DNA of 64,000 bases from Octopus sinensis (taxonomy: Eukaryota). Shown in pieces: positions 1-14,520 of the stretch. The stretch lies in NCBI RefSeq assembly GCF_006345805.1, contig NC_043007.1, positions 71,734,001-71,798,000 on the forward strand, read 5' to 3'. How positions within the stretch are numbered: the first letter of the stretch is position 1; each line of letters begins with the position of its first letter. Made by a program: the position numbers and the translations under genes. The notes under the pieces were generated by a model. The model was not told where the DNA came from. It saw only the letters and a program-made list of their open reading frames with translations, and did no database searches.

Positions 1-99
1 TCTTAAACGCTTTATATGCTAATCTTTCAACACAAAAAAGGAAAAGACAGAAAGATAGCTGAAAAAGGGAAGAAGATGAAAGAATGATAAATATATATA

Positions 100-184
100 T
101 GTATTTAATTTACATATGTATACCTATCTCTTTCTTTGTGTGTATGAGGGTGTTTGTGTATGTGCATGTATGTATGTATATATG

Positions 185-243
<59 letters not shown>

Positions 244-290
244 TATACATATATACATACATATATATATATACATACATATATACATAT

Positions 291-323
<33 letters not shown>

Positions 324-403
324 TATGTATATATATATATGTATATATATAATGTATATATATATATGTATATATATATATATGTATATACATATATATA
401 TAC

Positions 404-452
<49 letters not shown>

Positions 453-482
453 TACATATATATATGTGTGTGTGTGTATATA

Positions 483-521
<39 letters not shown>

Positions 522-596
522 TATATTAAATTAGAGATAAAACCATTATTAGGCAAATCAAACAGTGAAAAACATAAGCCAATACATAAAATTAAT

Positions 597-648
<52 letters not shown>

Positions 649-1572
649 ATTTAAGTATATGTATTGAATTCTGTGAGGAATGAGCATAGTTTTTCTAAAT
701 CCATAATCTCGTCCCTAATCTCGTAGAGAGTATGGCTGTCAGAAACACCTTCATATTCCCTAAAGATCAAATTGTTCTGGAAATTGGAAACATCAACATT
801 TCTCTTAACAACATATGAAATATATATAATTTGACTTCTATATGTTAATATATATATGTTTATGTGTGTGCATGTATGTGTGGGACTGCACATACATACA
901 TACATACATACATACATGCACAAACACATATATATATATATATACATGTACACACATACACGCACACATACACACATACATGCACACACACATACACACA
1001 CATGTATATGTGTGCATGTATAATCTGATGTAGCATATTATGATACAATATAATATTTACAATGAGTGAGACAGACTTGCATATGCTTCATGTATGTCAA
1101 TATGTATCTCTGAATATGCATGGAGTTAGTTTTATGATGAATATAAAGGTTATATGTATTATATAATATCAAGATATGTTTTGATTATATTAAACCACGT
1201 GCAAATATATATATTTATAAAGAAAAAAATTTATATGGATAATATACCAATAAAACATTTGTTGAATATGGAAAATAATAGAAATTTCCTTTTAAAAATA
1301 CAAAGAATTAAAATGGTTTTATTGATTTACATAAAAGTAACATTCTTTCTTATGAAATAACAACATTATTTTAGGTAAATAAGATGGACATCTTTCCAAG
1401 CATTAAAAATGTTGAAGAAGCAGAAATAATTAAATATGTGTATCATTTTATGTATGTATTTATGTATGTATGTATGTATGTATGTATGTATGTATGTATT
1501 TATTTATGTATGTATGTATTTATGTATGCATGTATATATGTATGTACATATGTATGTATGCATATATGCATG

Positions 1573-1609
<37 letters not shown>

Positions 1610-1927
1610 GTATGTATATACATACATACATACACACACATATATATATGTATATATGTATGTATATATACATATATATATATATGCATACATACACACA
1701 TATACCTATATGTATATACATATATCAGCATAAAGATATGCATATGTATCTATCTATATATATATTTTATATATATATATATAGATATATTATATACATA
1801 TATTATATACATATATTATATATATATATATTATATATATAATATATATATATATTATATATATATATATATATAATATATATATATATGTATCTATCTT
1901 TCTATATATATATATATTATATATATA

Positions 1928-1958
<31 letters not shown>

Positions 1959-1986
1959 GTATCTATCTATATATATATATATATAG

Positions 1987-2022
<36 letters not shown>

Positions 2023-3180
2023 ATATATATATATATGATATATACATATATATATATGCATACATACATGTGTGTGCATGTGTGGGGGTAGAGGTGGGTT
2101 TGCATGAGTGTGTTTTGGGGCAGGGGAAGTGTGTACATTTATTTATACATGTACACTTATGTAAACACCGATGTCAATAAACAACTAAGCATTTACATTT
2201 CATAATATATACATTCATATGAGTGCCACAGCATGAACATATAGAAAAGATAATATTAAAAACAACACACAAATACACACACACACACACACTTACACAC
2301 ACACACACATATATGGATATACACATTAGTCTTATACATTCATAACAATATCGACATACACATAAATATTAATATATATGCTTTATATTAAAAATAATAT
2401 ATTGCATTAAATTAATGCAGATCTTTAATATACATACATTAGCGTATATGTAATGATATATATATATATATAAATATATTAGCACAAAAGCACATAAATT
2501 TATAAACACATACACAAATACAAGCAAACACACACACACACACACATGTATATTCACACACATACACACATGCACATATATTTTATGCATAATATCCATA
2601 TATATATTATTATATAATTATATCTATGCAATTGCACAGGAATAGATGCATACATATACTTATCTGTTTGCATATGTATGCATACTTGTATATATGTATG
2701 AAATAATATCACATATATTATGCATATATTCATAAATCTACACACTCACACACACATATATATTTACATGTGTACATGTATATATATATATATTTACATA
2801 CACATGAATATATATGCGTGTGTGTATATACATATATATACTACACATACACACACTCACATATACATACACACACATATAATATATATATATATACACA
2901 TACATACATGCATACACTTGCACTGACATGAATATACATATAATTACATACATAACTAACAATGTTCTGTGTATATTATACGTTTTTGCATAAGTGTTTA
3001 CAACTGTGGATGTATACACTCACTCACACAGACACATGTATACATGTACATACACTCAAGCATACACTTTCACTCACACACACACACATGCACGCATACA
3101 CACACACATACACCGATGCTCATACCAACATTTATAACATGCATGTCTGCTGGAACAAACATTTCTATTGCTCACACACA
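100..3180. repeat. (TA)n/(CA)n/(TATG)n microsatellite-rich region
   Basis: Directly visible; produces the YI/CV/HT-repeat ORFs. Confidence 0.95.
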
Positions 3181-3321
3181 TTCTCTCAAAACTTGAACCA
3201 CATATTCACATATAACAACTTATAATATGTAGTTAAAAAAATTAACTTGTTTGATTTTATCAAGAAAAAGTGTTTGGTTTCACTTAGTTCTTCTAGTATC
3301 ATTTTGGATTTTGTGACGAAA

Positions 3322-3436
3322 TCATTTGATGACAAGAAATTCTGAATGTTCAAGTTTTTTAATTTCAATTTCATTTTTGAACACGCACCGCACAATACGG
3401 GACTTTGGACTTCCAGTTTTCTTAAGCCAGTCCTTC
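3322..3436 (-). CDS. ACYP: Acylphosphatase, last coding exon (115 nt)
   Basis: Acceptor tcatttattttag|G, then KDWLKKTGSPKSRIVRCVFKNEIEIKKLEHSEFLVIK-TGA. This matches the acylphosphatase C-terminal pattern KxWLxxxGSPxSxI...FxNE. The phase joins the TT left by the previous exon to give TTG (Leu). Confidence 0.93.
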
Positions 3437-4789
3437 CTAAAATAAATGACAGAGAAAGTATAAATGGTCAGATTGTCTCAAAGAAATCATAGTAAATTTA
3501 TGGAGCAATTTTTAAATGACATTTAAATGAAATATCTGTCTTCATTTGGCATAAGAGTGACACAGTTTCAATACTATAAAACAGCATTATTGATAACAAA
3601 TAATACAATACAAATTGACAAACAGGAGGGGATCGAAGTGGATGCACAGGATTTCTAGATCATTTTCATAGGTACAGGCATGGGTGTGTGGTTATGAAGT
3701 TTGGTTTGTAACTATGTAGTTTGGGTTTCAATCCTGCTGCATGACATCTTGGACAAATTTATCCTACTCTAGCCTCAGTTTGACCAATGCCTTGTGAAGG
3801 GGTCCTGAAAGGTTCTTGTCTCTAAGGGTATCCTGAAAGGCCTGTTTGGAAGCCCATCCTTCTGAGTTCTTTTACAGGGCTTAAAAAAACTAAAGGACTG
3901 CTGCAATAAGTCTGTGAATCTGAGAGCTGAATATGTTGGATAAAATCATAATTAACTGATCCTCCTTTATTTTCTTTTACCCAAAGCCAGGAATTTTTCA
4001 GCACCCCTTCGTAAGTACCAGTTGAGCACTGGGGTCAATGTAATCAACTTATCACACCCCCCTCACAACATTGCTGGCCTTGTGCCAAAAGTTGAAATCA
4101 ATATTTTAAAATAAATTCCAGCTTAAACACTTAGTCTAATCTTTGACCTACAACTGTTTCTGCATGCATATGTACATGCATATCCATCTATCAATATATT
4201 TTTGCATACATGTGTTTTATATCAGCCAGGCCATCTATTTGTATGACTGTGTGTGCATGTGTGTGTATGTGTTACCTCATGATACATAGTTGACATAACC
4301 CCAAATGATACAATTTCATTATATATTATTAAAAGAATCTTATGAAAACTTTTTTTTTTCAACATTCTTTCACTCTAAGGCATCATAAAGAGATAACTAT
4401 CTTCTGCAATATAACACCAAGAACAAAATACCTCAGGCTATGTAATAACTTCTCACAAATAAGTGTGTGTGTGTGTGGTTAATGGGCAGCCATTGACATT
4501 TCTCATTTTCTGCACAAAGCAGTATTTTAAACCCAGCATTTACATGCCTTTATTTATATCTTATCTTCTTTGAGAGCCCAAATTGGTACAGTTATGAGAT
4601 GGAAAATACTTAACTACTTTAAACATTCATCCAAATGAATTTCATGATGATGATGATGATGATGATGATGAGGAGGAGAGGAGAAGAAGAAGAAGAAGAA
4701 GAAGAAGAAGAAGAAGAGAAGAAGAAGAAGAAGTCATACTACCTAACAACTATGAAGAAGAAAAAGAAGAAGAAACAACAAAAGCTGTA

Positions 4790-5365
4790 AAACAAATGAA
4801 ATCCAAACTTAAACTAGAACAGCAACAGACCATGATAAAATGATGGCAAGAAAAGCCTCTTCATGGCAAATGCTAGGCTAGACTAAACGCAAAAGAAATA
4901 GACAAAGCAAAATCCCAGCAATGGCTGAGAAGCTCAGGACTCAAAGCAGAGACTAAAGGATTTTTAATCGCAGCACAAGACCAAAGCCTCCCCACCAGAA
5001 ATTACCAAAAACATATAATGAAAAGAAACATAACAAGTAACAGCAGAATATGTGGAGATGGACAAGAAACAATAAATCATATTGTCTCAGATTGCCCAGT
5101 CCTGGCTAAGAAGGAATATATTCATAGACACGATAGAGTTGGGACCTACATACACTGGAAGCTATGCCAATGCCATGGAATACCAACAGATAAAAGATAG
5201 TATAAGCACATGCCAGAAAAGGTCACAGAAAATGAGAAACCAACCATACTATGGGATATGCCAATACACACAGATAGAGAAATTAAGGCCAATAGGCCAG
5301 ATATAGTTGTCAGAGATCATGAAGAAAAAATGCTTTCTAATTGATGTCTTAATGTAAGCCATCTC
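4790..5365 (+). mobile_element. R4/Dong-type (RLE) non-LTR retrotransposon 3' fragment
   Basis: WQEKPLHG...WLRSSGLKAETKGFLIAAQDQSL, a decayed CCHC (SRICGDGQETINHIVSDC), and the endonuclease motif ANRPDIVV. Confidence 0.88.
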
Positions 5366-5394
5366 AGGAAACTGAAAGATTTTTCTTATATAGA

Positions 5395-5439
<45 letters not shown>

Positions 5440-5659
5440 AAACAATAGCTCCACCCAAATGCACCACCACAGCAACATGTGCATAAAAATGTAAACACAT
5501 GGACTGCAATATTTCCATACAGAAACTGCAAGCCTGTGAGTAAAATTTTAAATACATATAAATCCATATTTATACAAGACCTCTGTATATATGCACATTA
5601 CTGTTTCTTCTTGGTCTCTTGCTGATACATCAATAATAATTATAACTATAAAAGAAACA

Positions 5660-6600
5660 TCGACACATAACTCTCTCCTCCTTTCAATGATTTTAACGTC
5701 TGGTCATCTGGTAATTCGATGCCTTCGCTGTTGACTACCTGTCCCCTTCTCATGACTAATATTGCACACTTATCTATACCAAATTGCATCACTATATCTT
5801 TGCTGAAGAGTCTTACAGCCTGTATCAAAGAATCTGTCTCCTTTTCATTCTTCCTAAAAAGCTTCAGATCATATATGTAGAGTAAATGGTTAATTTTCCC
5901 TTACTATTTCTAAACTGATACCCTGCCTTTGCCTTCCTTGATACTAAACTGAGGAGGATCAAAAATATAAGACAAATATTAAGTGGGACAACAAGTCTCC
6001 CTGGAAAATTCTTCTCTTGATATTAACTTTCTCTAAGAATGTGTCACCTGAGTAGAAATCTACTTTCCATTTCTTCATGCTAAAGCTAATTAATTCTCTT
6101 ATGCTGTCTATTATACTGAATATACTCAAACATTCATTTATCTATGAGTATGGAATCATGTCATAGGCTTTTTTATAATCTATCCATGCTATTGTTAGAT
6201 TTTTCTCTTTCCTGCAATCTTTTTGTTCTTCTGGCAGTAAATTCTGGTTGTCAAGGTGCTTGTAAATACTTTCTGAAAGCATTCCTATTAACAGCTTCCA
6301 CACTAATGGTAAGCAAGTGATTAGTCTAAAGTTGCTAGCTGTATTACACTTGCTTTTATTTCTCAAAATGAGTACTGTCCTCCCTCTAGTCATCCAATAT
6401 GGTATTATTCCTCCATTAAGGCAATCCTGAAGTTGTTCCCTCAGCCTTCCATCTAAGCTACTAAATTACTTTGGCCAGTACCCTTGAATTAAATCTGATC
6501 CCGGGCCCTTCCAATTCAGCATTTTCCTAACACTTTACTCATTAATGCACTAGTTAATCTTAGATCTGGCTGCTTCTTACCCACTACTTCTTCCCTCACT
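5660..6600 (-). mobile_element. R4/Dong-type RT fragment
   Basis: NFRLITCLPLVWKLL, LLPEEQKDCRK, AWIDYKKAYDMIP, RGIFQGDLLSPL, MQFGIDKCAILVMRRG. Several stops and frameshifts. Confidence 0.88.
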
Positions 6601-6869
6601 TTCTTTTGTTTGAGCTTTATCTCTTATATAGTCGTTTGTCTTTTCAGTTCTCTTGTAACCCTTTCTACCTTCAGTTCTGTCATCCACTTTCTTCTCCTAA
6701 CAGCATTAAGCTTGATCTACTAATCTCTAGGATTTTTTTCCAACAGTCTAATCTGTTGTATGTACATGAAAATAATAATAATAATAATAATCCTTTCCAT
6801 TATAGGCACAAGGCCTGAAATTTGGGGGAAAGGACTAGTCCATTATATCAAGAAAGTGAAGATGTGTGG

Positions 6870-7275
6870 CTCAGAGAGTTAATTAGGCAGTATCATCTAC
6901 ATATCTAAGGTTGATGATGTTTATACCTACTCTTGATATTTCAGGTATGTCTTACATTTATCTCAGTATACAGATTAAAAAGACAAAGAGACAGTACAAA
7001 GTCTTAATTGACCTCTTTCTTAATTATTAATTTCCATGGTTCAGTTCTTACAAAACATTTTTGAAGTCTTTATCACATATCCCAAGTCTTGAGAGTAATC
7101 TGATAATCCTTTTTACTCTCTCAAATACCTTGGCATGGTTTGTAGAGCATAAATAAACATCTTGATTTATATCTGGAGTTCTATCATTCATGGTTTGTAT
7201 GGGGAATATTCCTTCACAAATTCGTATTCCTCATCTGAAACCACTTTGTAGTTCTTTAGTTATTCTTGCTGTAAT
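6870..7275 (-). mobile_element. Degenerate RTE-type RT fragment
   Basis: ELQSGFR...VYLCSTNHAKVFERV...LSLCLFNLYTE...INLRYVDDT, interrupted by stops. Confidence 0.7.
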
Positions 7276-7313
7276 TCTTTACTGGAAAATCTTTAATATG
7301 TAATTACATAATA

Positions 7314-7755
7314 GGCATAGGAATGGCTGTGTGGTAAGTAGCTTGCTTACCAACTACATGGTTCCGGGTTCAGTCCCATTGCGGGGCATCTTGGGCAAGT
7401 GTCTTCTACTATAGTCTCGGGCCAACCAAAGCTTTGTGAGTGGATTAGGTAGACGGAAACTGAAAGAAGCCCGTTGTATATATGTATATATATGTGTGTG
7501 TGTATGTGTGTGTGTGTGTGTGTGTGTGTATGTTTGTGTGTCTGTGTTTGTCCCCCTAGCATTGCTTGACAACTGATGCTGGTGTGTATATGTCCCCGTC
7601 ATTTAGCAGTTCAGCAAAAGAGACCGATAGAGTAAGTACTAGGCTTACAAAGAATAAGTCCCGGGGGTCGATGTGCTCAACTAAAGGCGGTGCTCCAGCA
7701 TGGCTGCAGTCAAATGACTGAAACAAGTAAAAGAGTAAAAAGAGAAAAGAGAGAG
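7314..7755 (+). mobile_element. tRNA-derived CORE-like SINE, family A
   Basis: A/B-box head (GGCTGTGTGGTAAG...GGTTCAGTCCC), CORE-like TTGGGCAAGTGTCTT, internal (TG)n and a GAAACAAGTAAAAGAG tail. Confidence 0.85.
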
Positions 7756-8544
7756 AATATATGCATACTTTGATATATATTGCATTACATAAGTCTGTTA
7801 TTTGATCTAGGTTGTGATTACCAAATGCCTTTGACTCTTATGCTAGTATTACAATCTGTTCCAGTGCTTTGGGAACTGTATTGTCTTTTCTACTTTCTAA
7901 ATCAATGGCCTTGCAAGTTATATGAGACACTCTTCACTTGTACTGGTGCCAAGAAAATAAAATCCAGTACCATTTGTAAACTGGTTGATATCATGCAAGG
8001 CATCCAGCCAAAGAAACCATATCAAAAATATGACACAGCAGTCTGACTCATCAGGTCCTGACACAAATCATCCAGTTCATGCCAGCAAGGAAACTGGCCA
8101 TTAAATGATGATGATGATGATGATGATGAGTATGATGATGATGACGAGGAGGAGGAGCAGGAGGATGATGATGATGAAGATGATGATGATGATGATGATG
8201 ATGAGGAGGAGGAGGAGGAGGAGGAGGATGATAATGATGATGAGGAGGATATTTCAGAGTTGTACTGATCTGAGAGAGTGTGTATTGAAATTTGAGTAAC
8301 TACATCATGGCAGAGATGTTGTTACCATTTAATAACTCATGGAGCTGTTAAATTCAATTCATATTCATTTCCTGAAGCGTCAAAACTTTTGTCATACTGC
8401 TGTGATCTGGTTACTGACATAGTTCCACTGCAAATCTTTGAAAGTCTGTTAACAGCCAGTTCTTACAGGTTAAGAATTTTATTTCCTTTTCTCTTTCTTT
8501 CTTTCTTTTTATTTTTTCATTTCATTATTTTATTTATTTTTTTT

Positions 8545-8919
8545 ATTTTTTACTTGTTTCAGTCAGTTGACTGTGGCCATGCTGGAGCACTGCCTTTAGT
8601 CAAACGAATTGACCCCAAAATTTATTCTTTGTAAGCCTAGTACTTTTTCTATCAGTCTCTTTTGCCAAACTACTAAGTTATGGGGACAAAAACACCAACA
8701 TCGGTTGCCAAGTGACAGTGGTGGGGATAAATATAGACACAAACATATATATATACGATGGGCTTCTTTCAGTTTCCATCTACCAAATCCACCAACAAGG
8801 CTTTAATCAGCCCGGGGCTATAGTAGAAGGCACTTGCCCAAGGTGTCATGCTTGGGGACTGAACATGGAACCATGTGGTTGGGAAGCAAGCTTCATACCA
8901 CACAGCTATGCTTGCACCT
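8545..8919 (-). mobile_element. SINE family A
   Basis: Reverse-complement copy of the same head, core and tail. Confidence 0.82.
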
Positions 8920-9339
8920 ACCATTTTATATTTTTTTTTTTTTTATTTTATCTAGTTTCAGCTCAAGAGCTGTGGCCATGCTGGGGCACTGCCATTTGGT
9001 GTTGCTACATAATTTTACTTCACAAATGCTCTTTAGGAATTGACATTTGGTGCATGAGAGAGTTTGATGCAGCTGACCTCATCTGCACCTCCTGCCGTGA
9101 AGTTAGTTCATCTGGGACACCTGACAGGAAGAGGTTCATCGACATTTCCCTTCTTGCATGAACCAGACAAAATTTATTGAGTCAAATGATCTTCCTGTTG
9201 CCAACCCTCATTTATTTCCTGGTACGGAAATATTTCCTCATGTCCAGACTCATTTATCATGGAACACTAGAAATAAACATCCTTGCTTGTATGATGATGA
9301 TGTTCATCTACAACCATTACATGATGTCTAAACAAGGAT

Positions 9340-10060
9340 ACACACTAGCATACACACAAACACAAACACACACATACACACAGAAACACACACACACATA
9401 CACACAAAGACTAACACTAACACTCACACTAATACAAACACACTAACACAAACATATACACTAACACACAAACACATACACAAACACATGCTAACGCACA
9501 AACACAATCACAAACGCATACAAACAAACACACACACTAACACACGAACACAAACATACACAGTAACACACACACCAACACACATGCTAACACAACCAAG
9601 CACACACACATACACAAGTACAAACACAATCACACACACTAACGACACACAAATACAAACACACACATGCTAACAGACAAATACAATCACACACACTAAC
9701 ACACAAGCACAAACTCACACTAACACACACACAAACACACATACACTCTAACACACGAACATAAACACGCACACTAACACAAATACAAACACAAACACAC
9801 TAACACACACACTAACACACAAACACATACACACACACTAACACACACTAACGCACACACAAATATACACAGTAACACACACACACGCCAACACACACAC
9901 ACGCCAACACACACACGCCAACACACACACGCCAACACACACACGCCGACATACACACAAACACAATCACAAACACACACACACAAACACAAACACTAAC
10001 ACAAATACAAACTAACACACACACACATTCACAAATACACACACACACACACTCACACTC
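9340..10060. repeat. A/C-only compound microsatellite
   Basis: ACACACAAAC/ACTAACAC variants over ~700 bp. Confidence 0.92.
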
Positions 10061-10257
10061 ATTCATATGCATATTCATTTTATTTCCATCTTTCCTGTTG
10101 CAAGTAAAGACTTATATATTTGTTCTATTCATGAAGATTGACTTCAACCCTTTAACACTGTTCAGTCATTAGAAGTCATTTTCATTTGATGCAGCATGGA
10201 ATTTTGTCAGTAAACAGGTCGTGGCCTCAAAGTGACGAAAATATTTTGACAAATTAA

Positions 10258-10479
10258 CCCTTTTGTTACTGTATTTATTTTGAGATGCTCTGTGTTTCTT
10301 TCAATTAATTTTAAATATAACAAAAAATTTAGTAAAATAACTTAGTTATCATTAAGCTAGTGTTAGGAACATAAATTGTGACTAAGGTTTGGTGGAAGAT
10401 TTTAATTCAAAACTTATGAAAACAAGACATTTGTACTACAGAGCCAGAGCCGGTTTTGGCCTGGTTGGTAACGAAAGGG
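10258..10479. mobile_element. piggyBac-like MITE
   Basis: TTAA|CCCTTTTGTTAC...GTAACGAAAGGG|TGAA, i.e. CCC/GGG termini with a decayed TTAA TSD. Confidence 0.6.
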
Positions 10480-10997
10480 TGAAGTGAATCTAACTGATTT
10501 TGTGTGTTTCTTAAATGGCTTATAAACACCTTCCACGCTGCAATTGTTTTCATTCCAGCACACGATCTCAGATTAGGTCACTTGCTATGCAAGTACATCT
10601 CCGTATCATTTGATTTTCTTTTTTGTTTTTGTTTGTTTTTCTTTTATTTACAACTTTATTTGTATTAATGCCACCATTTTTACCTGGCTTTTTCTTTTTT
10701 TCTCTTCCTTTACCCCTAAAAATTTCTTCCCTAACAGCATTATGAAAAAGATGTCAATGAAATAAAAGCTGAACTGAAAAACAGAAAACCATTATGATCT
10801 GCAAGATTATCTTCCTATGGAGAATCTTCAAATCCTGTTTGTAGAATAAAAATGCAAAATGCTGAGTCAAAATGATTAACCTTTCCAATTTACTGAAATG
10901 TTTTGGCTTGAGGAAAAATTACCAACTTATTAATCATTGATTCAATGTTAATTTGGATGTTAAATAGTGGTGGTGGTGGTAGTAGTAGTAGTAGTAG

Positions 10998-11029
<32 letters not shown>

Positions 11030-12159
11030 GTAGTCATCGTCACCATATCTAATCAATGAAGCTACATAGAAATTAGTTTTTAGCAGCTCTTCAGAGCGTT
11101 CCCAATCATTTTCCTATCTTTCTCTTTCGTCTAATAATGTGAAGCTGGAAGATATTCCAAAGACATATGTCTCCTTTACAGAGTAATTACAGACAAGATT
11201 ACCTCATTAAATTGGTCGAAGTTCGCATATAAAAACAGCTAGAAGATTTTATTGGTTAATAACAAAAATGAAATGGAACAAAATAAAATATAAGACCAGA
11301 TAATTGAATTCAATACAAAATTTTTAACTCATTAAGTTGCCTGAGAAATTATTTTTACATTAAAAATATCCAGCATTACCTATGTTTTAAGAATTACAAT
11401 TCATTTGAAAAAAAAAGAGAATATTTACTTACAAAACTTAAAATATATAAAGTCTGTATCAGTCAATAATAATTTTGTTTTTTATTTAAAATATTAAAAT
11501 GTCCCAAGAGAGACGTAAAATGTTGTATAAGTGTTTTTATGATAGAATCTGTCATTTAGTGACTTTGTAAAATTAAATCTATACTTGTGAATGTGCGTAG
11601 CCTAGTGGTAAGAGTATTGCACTCGCAATTACTAGATCATGAGTTCAATTCCCAGACCGAGCAGCATATCGTGTTCTTGGGTAAAACACTTCATTTCATG
11701 TTGTTCCAATCCACCCAGCTGAAAATGGATATCCTTGTGATGCAATATCCCTCCAATCAGGGGTAATGTTGGCCTGCACCACCTAGCCAGCAGGGTGGAA
11801 TCATTCAAAAGCTAAAACAAAGTAAAGTGCATTGTGACCAGTGATATATAACAACTGTCTGATAGTCTGGTCGATACTGTGATACTATGAAATTTAGACT
11901 TATCAATAGCTTCACAAAGCTTCTTATTCTCAGTATTCTTTACTCAACCCGTCACAAAATGAATGTTAAGCAACCAACTATACACAGATTAACCCTCAGA
12001 AACGATTCCATACAATTTACCCCATGTAACTTATATTTTCACAACAAATTACTCCATATATTTAACCCTGTGCATCCAACTTTTCACTATTCACATTCGC
12101 TGCCGACGCATTGATCAGGTTCCTACAGCCGGTCTTCGTCATCGCCTGAATCTCTGGCC

Positions 12160-12515
12160 CCTCCCTTCGGTGCTTTTACAACGGCGCTTAAGGTGGTTCG
12201 ATCATGCGGCCCGGCGTCCAGAGGATGAGCTGATTTACGATGTCCTCTTCCCACCTCCACTTCCCAGCTGGTGCAAACGCACAGGCAGACAGCTGAAGAC
12301 CTGGGCAACGATGATAAAGGAGGACCTCTCCGAACTATCAGGTCCGCAGGTGGTCAGTCTGCGCAGATGGAACCGCAAATGGCTCGCTATCCTCAGTGAC
12401 CTCGCATGGGACTATCGAGCATGGGCTGCCATGGTTCTTGATGCCGTTGGGACCAGAGAAGAAGCTGGCTCAACCCACCCTGGGTGAACACCGTCACAAG
12501 TACAAGTAAGTAAGT
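12160..12515 (+). mobile_element. RTE-type LINE 3' end
   Basis: QRRLRWFDHAARRPEDELI...GRQLKTWATMIKEDL...WAAMVLDAV*, followed by a (CAAGTA/AAGT)n tail. Confidence 0.8.
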
Positions 12516-12644
12516 AGTGAGGTTCTAAATGATATTTGGATTTTAGTAGGAGAAAAAAAAATGAAACCAAGTGGCAATTGTTGGCAATTCTCAAAGAAAA
12601 GTGGATAATGTTAAGAAATAAATTTGTTTTAGAAACATTTCTTT

Positions 12645-12872
12645 TATTTGTTTCAGTCATTAGGCTTTGGCCATGCTGTGGTACCACCTTGGAAAATTTG
12701 AGTCCAATGATTCAACCACAGTACTAATTTTTTTTTTGAGCCTGGTACTTATTCTATTGGTCAGTTTTTGCCAAACCATTAAGCTACAGGGACATAAACA
12801 CACCAACACCAGTTGTCAAGTGGTGGTGGTGGTGGGGACAAACACAGACAAGAAGTCACACACATACACACA

Positions 12873-12903
<31 letters not shown>

Positions 12904-13032
12904 GACAGGCTTCTTTTCCATTTACCAAATCCACCCATAAGGCTTTTGTTAGCCTGACACTATAGTAGAAGACACTTGCCCAAGGTGCCACACAGTGAGA
13001 CTGAACCTGAAACCATGTGGTTGGGAAGCAAA
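12645..13032 (-). mobile_element. SINE family A
   Basis: Reverse-complement copy, more diverged. Confidence 0.8.
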
Positions 13033-13566
13033 CTTTTTACCACACAGCCACATTGTAAATATACAAAAAAATGCAAGAATGGTGGATCTGTTTAACTAGA
13101 GATGAACTGGAACTAACCAACAATGACAATAAAATTACATGAGATCATTGACAGTGACATTACAATGTTACCAATAAATTCCTTTCTAACATAAGTACTA
13201 GAACTCAGATTCAGGAGATGAATGTTGTGAACTGACTTTACCTCAGTACATAACTGGTATTTATTTTATTGTCCCCTCCACAAGGATGAAAGACAAAGTT
13301 AACCCAGACAATATTTGAACACAAGACATAAAAGTAGTCTGTCCACCCACCACCCTCAACAATAAACTAACAATGCAAACCAGTTATATAGCCTTTATGG
13401 AACTACTTGATATGCCTGAAATAGCAAGTAAATCTTTATTTTTCTTTTAAATCATGCTTTACCATCTTAATAAAAGGATATGTTGGTTGTGAGTTCTCTG
13501 TACACAGGAAAAACTAAATTATGACTTACCTGGGGTTAAAATAACAAGACAACAACATGATGATGT

Positions 13567-13621
<55 letters not shown>

Positions 13622-14520
13622 GGTGATTTAAAGATGATGATGATGGTGATGGTGATGATGATGATGATTTTTTTTCTGACAGCTACCATACCAATTTTTA
13701 TAGTAGTGGGAATATAACTGGTGCAGTTAATTGATGAATCCTACAAATATTTGATAAAAGCAAATTGATTCTGATAAAGTCAATCCTAAGAGTATTTGAA
13801 CACAAAACGGTGAGATGCAGATGGAACTATTTGAATGAACTACATCTAACCCCATCACCAGCATCCTAATGAAATTCCTACTTTAACAACATTTATAGCC
13901 AAAGTTCTGGTATGTTGTTGCTGTTATTGATGAAAAACAATGATTTCTTTGTATGACATGTTCTAGTGCAAGGTCAAATAACAACAGTTGTAGTGAGATA
14001 GAATTTGTGTAAAAAATTTAGCAGCATAGAGCTTTAACCATTACATTTCTCAATATGCAAACTAATTTGGGTAATATAGATATTCAATCATTATACTTCT
14101 TGATACATCATGCCTCCTTAAGGTGGCAAGCTAACAGAATCATCAGCAGACCAGGCAAAATGCTCAGTAGCATTTCATTCATCTTTACGCTCTGAGTTCA
14201 AATTTCACTGAGGTCGACTTCACCGTTCATTCTTTTGGGGTCAATAAAATAAGTACAGTTGATTACTTGTGTTGATGTACCCTCCCCTGAAATTGCGGCC
14301 TTGAATATGTCTGGCCTCCTTTTGTGGGTAATTAAATAATGTACCAATTAATTAATTGAGTTGATTTAATCAACTAAACCATTCCTAAAAATCTGTTGTC
14401 TTGTGACAATATTACAGTATTACAATGCTTTTAGTATATTGGTAACAGAATATATACATTTTGGTACATTGTAATTGTTATGGCAATTACAGCCAAAATC
14501 TTCAGGTAATTCTTCTTTAT

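Noticed and set aside
84-3200. Many ORFs of YI/CV/HT dipeptide repeats here and throughout the window
   Set aside because: Translations of (TA)n, (CA)n and (TATG)n microsatellites; no coding signal.
4790-6600. Opposed R4 fragments as one twin-primed inverted insertion
   Set aside because: The inverted upstream part lies on the 3' side of the forward part, the wrong geometry; independent insertions are more likely.
7314-7400. tRNA-like A/B boxes at SINE heads
   Set aside because: No complete cloverleaf; they continue into SINE bodies and are not tRNA genes.
10738-10797. Plus-strand acceptor plus HYEKDVNEIKAELKNRKPL*
   Set aside because: Only 19 codons, no partner exons found and no recognisable homology; insufficient support for a nested antisense gene.
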